Source: Squalus acanthias
Lineage: Eukaryota
Reading direction: 5' to 3'
Length of the DNA: 64,000 nt
NCBI GenBank assembly: GCA_030390025.1
Contig: JASTWF010000343.1
Span: forward strand, 124,001-188,000
The translations under genes were made by a program, and so were the position numbers. The notes under the pieces were generated by a model. That model saw nothing but the letters and a program-made list of their open reading frames with translations. It did not search any database and was not told where the DNA came from. This document shows, one piece after another, positions 52,676 through 64,000 of the stretch. Numbering within the stretch: position 1 is the stretch's first letter; each line of letters opens with the position of its first letter.

Positions 52676-52765
52676 TAGGAACACCAACAGCAGTGAGGAG
52701 GGGATAGTAATAATTTGTATGTCATAACATATTCCTAATATCCAAAACACTTCACCCCAAGCCAT
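52676..52765 (-). pseudogene. Proximal GPCR first exon with a 1-nt frameshift
   Basis: ATG at 52765 gives MAWGEVFWILGICYDIQ, then a shifted frame gives YYYPLLTAVGVP followed by donor |gtaagg (52675). It is homologous to the end of 62043-62265. Confidence 0.75.
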
Positions 52766-52799
52766 TCCTTCCCTTCTGTGGGTGTCTGGAGGTCTTTGT

Positions 52800-52945
52800 G
52801 CTGGGGGCAGCGCGCTGACTGTGTGAGGTGACACAGTGAAGGGAGCTCCTTATTTAGAGCAGAGGGAAATCAGCCAGTGACGTCATTCGGCCTCATTGTA
52901 ACTGGCATTAATTACAGTCATTGAACAAACAGACTCATTGAACCA
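52800..52945 (-). promoter_or_regulatory. Putative promoter of the proximal first exon
   Basis: TGACTGTAATTAATG, a perfect CRE TGACGTCA (52878-52885), TTTCCCTCT..TAAATAAGG and CAGCGCGCTG. All but the CRE recur in the same order at 62319-62540. Confidence 0.6.
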
Positions 52946-53409
52946 TTGTCACAACAACACTTAACTGCAACATCTTATTGTCCACAGTTTTAAATTAAAA
53001 GTGAGCGAATGCGCAATATTTCACCCGCCCATAAACATAAGAATATAAGAATTAGGAGAGGAGCAGGAAATAAGGCACTTCGAGACAGCTCCGCCATTGA
53101 ATAAGATCATGGTTGATCTTCAAGCTCAAATGCAGATTCCCCACCGCTCCTTCCCCATCTTCATATCCCTTGATTCCTGTAGATTCCAAAAATATGGAAG
53201 ACAAACACAGAGAACGAAGTTTCTCCTCCTGTACTGATCTAAAGCTGAGAACAAAAGACGAGAAAGTGACAGAAAAAGGAAGGAATCAAAGATACAAACA
53301 CAGAAAGATTCCATCACAGAAGGAGGCCATTCGGCCGATGCCGGCTCTCTGCAAGAGCACTTAATCTCTGGAACCATTCTTGCAAATCCTTTCTGCACCC
53401 TTTCTAAGG

Positions 53410-53650
53410 CCATCAACCACTCTCTGTTACCAGAAACTCCTGCCTTCCACCCTATCACAGACCAACCCTTTTTTGGTTTCCTCCCCTCCCCCTTTCCCTG
53501 CCCCTGCACCTGGTTACAATCTGTTACATATCTAACTTTTTCCAGTTCTGAGGAAGGGTCACGGACCTGAAACGTTAACTCTGTTTCTCTCTCTACGGAT
53601 GCTGCCTGGCCTGCTGAGTGTTTCCAGCATTTTCTGTTTCTATCTTAGAC
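53410..53650 (+). mobile_element. Penelope-like pLTR
   Basis: Reverse complement of 17369-17580. Confidence 0.85.
53544..53580 (+). ncRNA. Minimal type I hammerhead ribozyme motif
   Basis: agtt-CTGAGGA-agggtcacggacct-GAAA-cgtt-aact: both core boxes, stem I (agtt/aact), a stem II hairpin and palindromic AACGTT in place of stem III. Confidence 0.7.
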
Positions 53651-53819
53651 CTCCTTGTATTCTCTCTTAGTCTGACCCCACCCAATACCGTACATTTTCA
53701 TACTCAACTGCTATCCATCTATCCTCATTCTTTCTCAGCTTGTTTCTCCTTTCTAATGCCACATCCTGGTGTCCATCCCCCTGGAAGACTAGTTTAAACC
53801 CTCTCCAACAGCACTAGGG

Positions 53820-55246
53820 TCGTAGAGAGATAACGGGGAATTACAGACTGGTAAGCCTGACATCGGTAGTGGGGAAAATGCTAGAGTCCATTATAAAAGA
53901 TGTAATAGTTGAGCACTTGGAAAACAGTGACAGGATCGGAAAAAGTCAACATGGATTTACAAAAGGTAAATCATGCTTGACCAATCCACTGGAATTTTTT
54001 GAGGATGAAACTGGTAAAATAGATAAGGGAGAACCTGTGGATGTGGTGTATTTGGACTTTCAAAAGGCTTTTGATAGGGTCCCGCATAAGAGATTAGCAT
54101 GTAAAGTTAAGGCACATGGGATTGGGGCAAGGTATTGACTTGGATAGAGAACTGGTTGGCAGACAGAAAGCAAAGAGTTGGAATAAACGGGTCTTTTTTC
54201 CGTTTGGCAGGCAGTGACTAGTGGGGTACCGCAGGGATCGGTCCTTGGACCCCAGCTATTCACAATATATATTAATGATCTAGACAAGGGAATTAGTTGT
54301 AATATCTCCAAGTTTTCAGACGACACAAAACTGGGTGGGCATGTGTGCGGCGAGGAGGATGCCGAGAAATTCCAGGATGATTTAGACAGGTTGGGTAATT
54401 GGGCAGGAGCGTGGCAGATGCAATATAACGTGGATAAATGCGAGGTAATCCTCTTTGGTGTCAAAAACAGAAAGGCAGATTATTATCTGAACGGCAATAG
54501 ATTGGGAGAAGGGGAAGTGCAATGAGACCTGGGTGTCCTTGTGCACCAGTCGCTGAAGGTATGCATGCAGCAGCAGCAGGCGATTAAGAAGGCAAATGGT
54601 ATTTTGGCCTTCATAGCGAGAGGGTTTGAGTACAGGAACAAGGATGTCTTGCTGCAGTTGTACAGGGCCTTGGTGAGACCACACCTTGAGTACTGTGTGC
54701 AGATTTGGTCGCATTATCTGAGGAAGGCTGTTCTTGCCATGGAAACAGTTCAGCGAAGATTCACAAGCCTGGTACCTGGGATGGCAGGAATGACGTATGA
54801 AGAGAGATTGGGTCGATTGGGTTTATACTCGCTGGAGTTTAGAAGAATGAGAGGGGATCTCATTGAAACTTATAAAATTCTGACAGGACAGGACAAACTA
54901 AATGGAGGAAGGATGTTACCGATTGTCGGGGAGTCCAGAACCAGGGGTCACAGCCTAAGGATAAGGGGCAAGCCATTTAGGACAGCAATGAGGAGAAATT
55001 TCTTCACCCAGAGAGTGCTGAAACTGTGGAATTCTCTGCCACAGCAGGCAGTAGAGATCAATTCATTAAACAGATTCAAGAAGGATTTCGATATATTTCT
55101 TAAAGCTAAAGGGATCAAGGAATATGGGGAGAAAGCAGGGACAGGGTACTGAAATTGGATGATCAGCCATGATCGCATTGAATGGCGGAGCAGGCTCGAG
55201 GGGCCGAATGGCCTACTCCTGCTCCTATCGTCAATGATTCTATGAT
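53820..55246 (+). mobile_element. CR1 3' part (RT and tail) nested in an oppositely oriented CR1
   Basis: ORFs 53869..54138, 54214..54525 and 54541..55152. Confidence 0.93.
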
Positions 55247-56130
55247 ACTGGCAACGCCACCACCCCTCCCACCAATTGCGAGAACATTGGTTCCCGCTCT
55301 GTTGATATGCAACCTCTCCGGCCTGTACAGGTCACAGCTTCCAGAACAGATCCCAAAGTCCCAGGAATCTAAAGCACCCGCTTCTGCACCGTCTCTCCAG
55401 CCAAGCATTCATCTGCTCTATCGTTCTATTTCTATACTGACTAGCTCGTGGCACCGGGAGTAATCCAGAGATTACAACCTTCGAGGTCCTGCTTTTTAAT
55501 CTCGCTCCCAATTCCCTATAGTCTGCCAGCAGGATCACATCCCTCTTTCTATCTATGTGGATGATACCAATATGGACCACGACCTCTGGCTGTTCACCCT
55601 GCCCCCTCAGAATGTCCTGCAGCCACTCAGTGACATACTTGACCGTGGCACCAGGGAGGCAACATAACATCCTGGAGTCACGTCTGCGGCTGGAGAAAAA
55701 TCAGTCTGTTTCCTCACTATCTAATCCCCTACCACTATTGCTTTCCCAACCTTCCTCCTCCCCCCGCTCCCCGTCCCGCCGCTACAGTTGAGCCACCCGT
55801 GGTGCCGTGGACTTGGCTCTGGCTGTACTCTCCAGAGGAGCCATTGAATACCGGTTAGAGAGTGAGATGCACTCAGGGGACTCCTGCACTACCTGCCTGG
55901 TCCTCATTGTCTGTCTGACGGTCATTCATTCCCTCTCTGCCTAACAGTCTTATGCTGCGGGGAGACCACCTCCTCACATGGTATCCACGGAGCTCTCTGC
56001 CTAACGGATGCACCGCAGTGACGCCAGCTGTTGCTCAAGCTCCGAAACCCGTGGGATGTGTCCTGGAGTTCCTACATGGCACAAGATGTGCATTCCACGG
56101 GACTGCGGTGCCCTGCCATGCCTCTATTTA
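55247..56130 (-). mobile_element. CR1 ORF1 (esterase) remnant, continuing at ~53700-53818
   Basis: CCLPGATVK...VVVHIG...RLKSRTSKVVISGLLPVP in 55332..55670. Confidence 0.85.
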
Positions 56131-56544
56131 ACTGACTATTAACTAACTTAACAGAATTAAACTCCAGTCTTAAATTAATCAAAATCTACTAACCATTTAT
56201 TTTCTTTTCAGGGCATTCCCTTGTGCTGACGTCACTTACCTCGCACCTTGCTCCCCTCCCCGCTCCGGGTTATCTGTCCTACCTTTATCTCCGGCCGCTC
56301 CTCTCGCACTCTCCTCCTTCTCCCTCTGCCACTAATTGCTTATCTCTCCAGATTCACAACCTTAGCACTCTGTTTATAACAACTCCTTTTAGGATCACTC
56401 TGTGTAGATCACTGAAAAAATGGATTTCTCCACTCTTGTTCTCTGATTTATTCCATAGCAGTCCATCAGAATATAAAAAACATTAAACAAATGATCCTAA
56501 ACGGCAGGATCTGAGAGATGATCCCAGTGATGGACGATGGGACT

Positions 56545-57000
56545 CGCCTACATGACATTGCTCCCGACTCAATCAAGGAATTTAATTCCCAGGGCCGCCT
56601 AGTTTACATTGCTCTCAGCTCAATCCAGGAATATCATTCCCAGGGCTGCCTAGATTACACTGCTCCCAACTCAATGCAGGAATTTCACACCCAGGGTAAC
56701 CTCGATTACACTGTTCCTGCCTCAGTCCAGGAATTTCACTCCCAGGGCTGCCTGGATTACACTGCTCCTACCTCAATCCAGGAATTTCATTCCCACGGCT
56801 GCCGAGATTAAACTGCTCCCACCTCAATTCAGGAATTTCACTCCGAGGGACACCTAGATTACACTGTTCCTGCCTCAGTCCAGGAATTTCATTCCCAGGG
56901 CTGCCTAGATTACACTGCTCCCAGCTCAGTCCAGGAAATTCATTGCCAGGGCCTTCTAGATTACACGGCTCCCGCCTCAGTCCAGGAATTTCATCCCCAG
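56545..57000 (+). repeat. 51-bp tandem repeat (CCCAGGGCTGCCTAGATTACACTGCTCCCAACTCAATCCAGGAATTTCATT), about 9 units
   Basis: 17-aa period in ORF 56518..56811. Confidence 0.93.
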
Positions 57001-57329
57001 TTCACTTCTCTATTGCCTGGAACTAGAACAAGAATAAGAACAACATACTTATAAAGAGTGATCTTCCACAGACAAACATGTCATGGTGTTTGACCGAGGT
57101 GAAGTAAATTTAAAAGGAACAGAGATACCAAGGAATCAAAGGAAAACATTAAAACTATTAACCAATGAAATAAATACCCTGCAAGCACCTAATACTCCAT
57201 GAAACGCTCTGGAAACATTGAATTATCGCATAGTCATACTCACAGAAACATTACTATCTGTCAACATTCCCAAATCCTCCATCTCCATCCCAGGCTGTGT
57301 CCTATTTCACTGGCAGCACAGGCCCAAAA

Positions 57330-60300
57330 GAGGTGGGGGCACAGGGGTATACAGTCGCGTGTGTTAGTTCCTGCGAGTCCTCAACTTTGCCCAAGGACAT
57401 AATGAATTCTCCTGGCTTCCAGTCAGACATGGGCAAGGTAACCTCCTGCAGATTACCAAATATCGCCCTCCCTCAGCTGATGAATTAGCACATCTTAATG
57501 ATGAACACCAGTTGATGGGAGCACCGAGAGCAGAAATGGCACAAATTATACTCTTGGTCGGGAGGGGGAATCGTCAATGTCCATCACCAAAACTGGCTCG
57601 GAAGTACCATCATTAATAAAAAGGGAGAAAATAGAAAGAGAGAAAAATAGCAAGAAATATAAAACCAGATATTAAGAGTCTGTACAAGTATGTAAAAAGG
57701 AAAAGAGTAGCAAAAGTAAACATTGGTATCTTGGAGGCTGAGAAAGTAGAAATTATGGGGAATAAGGCAATTGTAGAAATGTTAAACAAATATTTTGTAT
57801 CTGTCTTCAAAGTAGAAGACACGAAATGCATATCAAAAATGATGGGAACCAAAGGTCTAACGAGGGTGAGGAACTAAATGTAATTGTTATAAGCAGAGAC
57901 AATGTACAAGAGAAATTAATGGGACTGCGAGTCGACAAATCCCCTGGACCTGACGGCCTACATCCTAGGGTTCTAAAAGAGGTGGCTGAAGAGTTAGTGG
58001 ATGCGTTGGTTTTGATCTTTCAAAATTCCCTAGATTCTAGAATGGTTCCAGCGGATTGGAAGGTCGCAAAGGAGGGAGAGAAAACAGAGGGAACTACAGG
58101 ACAGATAGCCTGACATCAGTCATCGGGAAAATGCTGGAATCCATTGTTAAAGAAGTGGCATCAAGTCACTTCGAAAATCATTACATGATTAGGCAGAGTC
58201 AACATGGTTTTATGAAAGGAAAATCGTGTTTGACAAATTTATTAGAGTTTTTGGAGGATGTAACTAACAGGATAGATAAAGGGGAACCAGTGGATGTAGT
58301 ATATTTTCTTGTTAGAGCAGAGAAGCTTAAGAAACATAGAATTATACAATCCTAGAAATTTATGGCACAGAAGGAATTATTTCGGCCCATCGAGTCTGTG
58401 CTGGTCGCAAAAGAGCTATCCACCCCAATCCCACTTTCCAGCTCTTGGTCCGTAGTCCTGTAGGTTGCGGCACTTCAATTGCACATCCAAGTACTTTTTA
58501 AATGTGATGAGGGTTTCTGCCTAAACCACCCTTTCCGGCAGTGAGTTCTAGAGCCCCACCGCCCTCTGGGTGAAAAAGTTCGCCTTATCTCCCCTCTAAT
58601 GCTTCCACCAATTATTTTTAATCTCTGCGAAGGGAAATAGGTCCTTCCTATCCACTCTATCCAGGCCCTTCATAATTGTGTACACCTCAATTAAATCTCC
58701 CCTCAACCTGCTCTGTTCCAAAGAAAAGAACCCCAGCCTGTCCAATATTTCCTCATAGCTAAAGTTCCCCAGTCCTGGCAACAAAATCATAAATCTCCTC
58801 TGTACCCTCTCTAGTGCAACCACATATTTCCTGCAATATGATGACCAGACTGTACACAGTACTGTAGCTGTGGTTAAACTAGTGTTTTATACCGTTCTAG
58901 CATAACCTCCCTGTTCTTATAATCTATACCTCGGCTAATAAATCAAAGTATCCTGTATGCCTTCTGAACCAACTTATCTAATTGTCCTGATATCTTCAGG
59001 GATCTGTGAACATGAACACCAATGTCCCTCTGTTGCTCTGCATTTCTCATTCTCCCCTACCATTTATTGTGTAGCCCCTTGCCTTGTTAGCCCTCCCCAA
59101 ATGCATTATCTCTCACTTCTCCGGATTGAATTCCATTTGCCAATTTTCTGCCCACCAGACCAGTCCATTGATATCTTCCTGCAGTCTACAGCTTTCTTCT
59201 TCATTATCAACCACACGGCTAATTTTGTATCATCTGCAAACTTTTTAATCGTGGCTCCAACACGGAAGTCTAAATCATTGATATATACCGCAAAAATGGT
59301 GCGAGTACTGAGCTCTGCGGAAGCCCACTGAAAACAGCCTTCCAGTCACAAAAACATCAGTCGATCATTACCCTTTGCTTCCTAACACTGAGCCAATTTT
59401 GGATCCAACTTGCCCTTGGATGCCATGGGCTTTTACTTTTTTGACCAACCTGTCATTTGGGATCGTGTTGAAGGCTTTGCTAACATCTATGTGAACTACA
59501 TCAAATGCACTACCCTCATCGACCCTCCTCATTACGTTCTCATAAAATTTAATCAAGTTACTCATGCACAGCCTTCCCTTAAAAAATCCATGCTGTCTGT
59601 CCTTGATTAATCCGTCACTTTCTAAATGTCGATTTATATTGGTAATCAGACATTTTCCAATTATTTTTTTAACACCGAGGATAGGCTGACTGGCCTGTAA
59701 TTATTCGGTCTATCCCTTTCTCCCTTTTTAAACACCGGTACAACGTTAGCTGTCCTCCAGTCCTCTTGACCATGTCAGCAGCCAGAGAGGATTGGAAAAT
59801 GATGGTCTGAGCCTCCGCTATTTCCTTCTTTGCCTCTCTTAAAAGCCTGGGATACATTTCATCCAGCCCTCGAGATTTAGCTACTTTGAAAGATGCTGAA
59901 CTCCTTAATGTTTCCTCTCACTAAGTTTATCTCATCTAATATTTCACACTCCTCCTCCTTAACTACAATTTCTATATCGTCCCTCTCTGCTGTGAAGAAA
60001 GACACAAAGTATTTATTTAGATCCATACCCACGTCTTCCGCCTCCACACTCTGGTTACATTTTTGGTCTTTAATAGGCCCAATCTTTCCTTAGTTATCCT
60101 CTTGGTCTTTATGTATTTAGAAAATATCTTTGTTTTGCTTGATTTTAGTTGCCAATATTTTTGATGCCCTCGCTGTGCTCTAATTTCCTTTTTTTTTAAT
60201 TCACCTCTGCACTTTCTATACTCCTCTCGGCTTTCTGTCGTGTTGAGCTCTCAGTATCTGTCAAAAGCTTCCTTTTTTGCCTTATCCTACCCTGTATGTT

Positions 60301-61975
60301 CCTTGACATCCAAGGGGCTCTAGGTTTGGGAAAACCTTCCTTTATTATTTTTCGGAACATATTTGCTCTGAAGCATGACTATCTCCTCTTTGGCTGTCTC
60401 CTGACTCTGATTTCCCTTCAAGAAGCTGTTTCCAATCCACTTTTGTAAAATCACATCTCAGCTTAGTAAAATTGGCCTTTCCCCAAATGAGAACTTTTAC
60501 ACCTGGCCTATCTTTGTCCTTTTCCATAAGGGGAGATTCAATAAAGATTTTGGAAATCATGCTGGGTTTTGATAGAGTAAGTCAGTTTCCTGTGGCAGAA
60601 TGGTGGGTACCAGGGGGCACAGATTTAAGGTATTTGTCAAAAGAACCAGAGGAGAGATGAGGAGAATTTATCTTTACGCAGTGTGTTGTTTTGATCTGGA
60701 TTGCACTGACTCAGAATGTGGTGGAAGCAGATTCAATAGTAATTTTCGAAAGGGAATGGGATAATTAGTTGAAGGGGTAGATTTACAGGGCTCTGGCTAA
60801 AGAGCAGGACTATTTAGATAGCTCTTTCAAAGAGACGGCATAGAAACATAGAAACATAGAAAATAGGTGCAGGAGTAGACCATTCGGTCCTTCGAGCCTG
60901 CACCGCCATTCAATGCGTTCATGGCTGAACGTGTTACCTCAGTACCCCATTCCTGCTTTCTTGCCATACCCCTTGATCCCCCTAGTTGTGAGTATTATAT
61001 CTAACTCCCTTTTGAATATATTTAGCGAACTGGCCTCAACAACCTTCTGTGGTAGAGAATTCCACAGATTCACTACTCTCTGGGTGAAGAAGTTCCTCCT
61101 CATCTCAGTCTTAAATGGCTTCCCCTTTATTCTTAGACTGTGACCCCTGGTTTTAGTTTTCCCTAACATTGGAAACATTCTGCCCGCATCTAATTTGTCT
61201 AAACCAGTCAGGATTTTAAACGTCTGTATAAGATCCCCCCTCATTCTTCTGAACTCCAGAGGATACAAGTGGACATGTTGGGCCGAATGCTCTCCTCCTG
61301 TGCTGTGCCATTCTATGACTCTTTGAGCAAGAGAAAGAAGGAGAAAGAAAGAGACAAATAATAATAGTGATAGAAAGACTGGGAGAGCTACAGAGGTAAA
61401 TAATTTAACTTTAAAATAGGAATTGGTTAAACACTTGAAGGGGAACAATTTGCAGGACTATGGGAAAAGAGCAGGGATTGGAATTAATTGTAGGGGTGAG
61501 GCTATGGTGGAATTTGATCTTAAAGATGAGAATATTAAAATAGAGTTGTTGCCAGATCGGGAGCAATTGTTGTTCAGTGAGCACAGGGGAGATGGATGAA
61601 CGGGATATGATGCGAGTTAGGAAAAGGCAGCAGAGTTTTGAATGAGCTCTAGTTTATGCAGGCTTCTAACTGGGAGGCCGGACAGGGGAGCATTGGAATA
61701 GTCGAGTCTGAATTTAACAAAGGCACGGATGAGGGGTTATGCAGCGGAAGGGCTGAGGCAGGGCGGAGATGGGTGAAATTTTGGAGATGTTAGTAGGCAT
61801 GACTGGTGATTCAGAAGATATGACTTCGGAAATCAGCTCAGGGACAGAGAGATCGCTGAGGTTGCAAACAGCCTGGTTCAGCCTCAGACATTGACCAGGG
61901 AGGGGACTGAATCGGTAGATAGAGAATGGAGTTCGTGACGAGGACCGAAGACAATGGCTTTGCTCTTCCCAAGAT
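57330..61975. mobile_element. Stack of LINE fragments: CR1 (+) 57615-58305, CR1 (-) 58330-60530, CR1 (+) 60530-60840, CR1 (-) 60840-61265, older L2-like (-) ~61490-61975
   Basis: KSPGPDGLHPRVLKE, QHGFMKGKSCLTNL and FFTQRVVNLWNSLP motifs plus CR1 tails. Confidence 0.85.
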
Positions 61976-62042
61976 TTAAATGACAAAGAGTAATACAGTG
62001 AAACGTGGTTTACAGATCCAATTTCTGGATATAGAGACTTAC

Positions 62043-62265
62043 CAGGAACACCAACAGCAGCAAGGAGGGGATAGTACAAGTGTTGAATAATCTGAAGTGC
62101 CAACTCCATCCGTCTGTCTAACGATAGATTATCATAATAAAATGAAAGAAAGTCAAACAGCGAGCTGAAACTCCTGCCCATTGTTGTAGCATTCCAATCT
62201 ACTGTTCTCAGATTCCGATCCATTGTTGTAACATTCCAATCTACTGTCCTCAGATTCCGATCCAT
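62043..62265 (-). CDS. Intact GPCR first coding exon (N-terminus and first half of TM1)
   Basis: acaATGg start, 74 codons plus 1 nt ending YYPLLAAVGVP G|gtaagt. Phase 1 matches the acceptor at 42520, giving ...AVGVPVNLVTIVILSRGKCG... and 374 aa. Confidence 0.85.
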
Positions 62266-62318
62266 TGTTGTAACATTCCAATCTACTGGTCTCAGATTCC
62301 GACTCCCTCTCTATGGAG

Positions 62319-62540
62319 CAGCGCGCTGATCCCTGTCAGTGCCGGAGGTGATGCTCTCACTAACACTATGGGATAACACATTGAAATGAGTCCCTTATTA
62401 ATAGAAGAGGGAAACCCTGCACTGATACAATTAGGGTCCATGGAGACTGACATTAATTACAGTCACGGAACAAATAATTTCAGTTAACACGTGGAGACTG
62501 ATATTAATTACAGTCACTGAAAAAACAGATTCAGTTAACC
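62319..62540 (-). promoter_or_regulatory. Putative promoter of the distal first exon
   Basis: Duplicated 51-bp unit containing TGACTGTAATTAAT (62441, 62492), then TTTCCCTCTTCTATTAATAAGG and CAGCGCGCTG; homologous to 52800-52945. Confidence 0.6.
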
Positions 62541-62574
62541 CCTTTCAATCCAACAGTTTTTGTACCACAGTGAA

Positions 62575-63155
62575 GTAGAACATTTCCCCGGTCCGGATGG
62601 GATGTATGAGGGTTGCTGAGGGAAGGAATGGTGGAAATCGCGCAGGCTCTGCCAGAATCTTTCAATCCTCCTTGGATATGGGAGTGGTGCCAGAGCACTG
62701 GAGGGTTGCAAATGTTACACCCTGTTGAAAAAAGTAGAGAGGGATAAACCCTGTAACTGCTGGCCTGTCAGCCTAACCCTCAGTGGTGGGGAAACCTCTA
62801 CAGCCCATATTCCCGGAGAAAACTATCTGGCTTTGAAAAAATCATGGATTAATAAATGACAACCAGCATAGATATGTTAACAGCAAAGTGCGTCTGACAA
62901 ACTTGATTGAGTTCTGTGATGAAGTAACGCAGAGGGTTGATGAGGGTAGTGCGGTTGATGTTGTGTAAGTGGACTTTAAAAATGCATTTGATAAAGTGCC
63001 ATTGAATAGACTTGTTAGGACCAAAGGGACAGTGGCAGTGGAGATCTGACATTGGCTAAGGGACAGAAAGCAGTTGGTTCGTGGTGAACGGTTGTTGTTC
63101 AGACTGGAGGGAAGTTTACAGTGGTGCCCCCCAGGGGTCGCTATTCGGACAACAG

Positions 63156-63222
<67 letters not shown>

Positions 63223-64000
63223 GGGCATAATTTGAACGTTTGCAGATGACACGAAACTCGCGAATGTAGTAAACACTGAGCGGGATAGTAGTCGGCTTCA
63301 GGAGGATAGAGACAGGCTGCTGAAATGAGCAAAGTGATGAAAGGTGTCATCGACAGTGCTATTAACTGGCACTTACTCACCAATAACCTGCTCACCGATG
63401 CTCAGTTTGAGTTCCGCCAGGACCACTTGTCTCCAGAACTCATTACAGCCTTGGTCCAAACATGGACAAAGGAGCTGAATTCCAGAGGTGAGGTGAGAGT
63501 GACTGCCCTTGACATCAAGGTAGCATTTGACAGAGTGTGGCTTCAAGGAGCCCTAGTAAAATTGAAGTCAATGGGAAGCACGGGGATAACTATCCACTGG
63601 CTCGAGTCATACCTAGCACAAAGGAAGATGGTTGTGGTTTTTGGAGGTCAATCATCACAGCCCCAGTACATCGCTGCATGAGTTCCTCAGGCCAGTGACC
63701 TCGGCCCAACCATCTTCAGCTACTTCATCAATAACCTCCCTCCATCATATGGTCATAAGTGGGGATGTTCGCTGATGATTGCTCAGTGTTCAGGTCCATT
63801 CGCAACTCCTCAGATAATGAAGTAGTTCATGTACGCATGTAGTAAGACCTGGATGACATTCAGGCTTGGGCTGATAAGTGGCAAGTTACAATCATCCACA
63901 CAAGTGCGAAGCAATGACTTTCTCCAACAAGAGTCACATCCACTTGACATTAAATGGGAATACCATCGCCACCATCAATATCCTGGGGGTTACTATTGAC
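62575..64000 (+). mobile_element. CR1 RT fragment (62575-63325, containing (TA)n at 63159-63216) followed by a fragment of the 37239-39859 LINE family
   Basis: GACTTTAAAAATGCATTTGATAAAGTGCC and FADDTK; ORF 63325..63681 reads ALDIKVAFDRVW. Confidence 0.88.

Noticed and set aside
61714..62042. C-terminal part of the 183-aa ORF
   Set aside because: Read-through past a consensus GTAAGT donor into intron and LINE-derived sequence.

Overview
Vertebrate genomic DNA. The repeat content (CR1 LINEs with esterase ORF1, Penelope pLTRs, tRNA- and Deu-type SINEs, Harbinger elements) suggests a cartilaginous fish; this is an inference. The only host genes are two paralogous rhodopsin-class GPCRs of the GPR139/GPR142-like type. 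They face each other tail-to-tail in the arms of a large, diverged inverted duplication (about 2.9-12.6 kb versus 34.6-45.9 kb) around a 22-kb spacer of microsatellites and modular repeats. The + copy shows only its 902-nt second coding exon (4043-4944). The - copy has an equal-length exon (41619-42520) and two homologous promoter plus first-exon modules upstream. The proximal module (52676-52765) is frameshifted and followed by tandem orphan splice-donor cassettes. The distal module (62043-62265) is intact, encodes a repeat-built N-terminus and splices in frame to give 374 aa. The paralogues differ mostly on the extracellular face. An ~8-kb nested Harbinger composite (transposase, Myb/SANT gene, CR1, MITE) sits in the - gene intron. 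A CpG-rich minisatellite of YY1-consensus motifs is expanded behind the + gene only, and several Penelope pLTRs carry minimal hammerhead ribozyme motifs. All alignments and counts were made by eye and are approximate.
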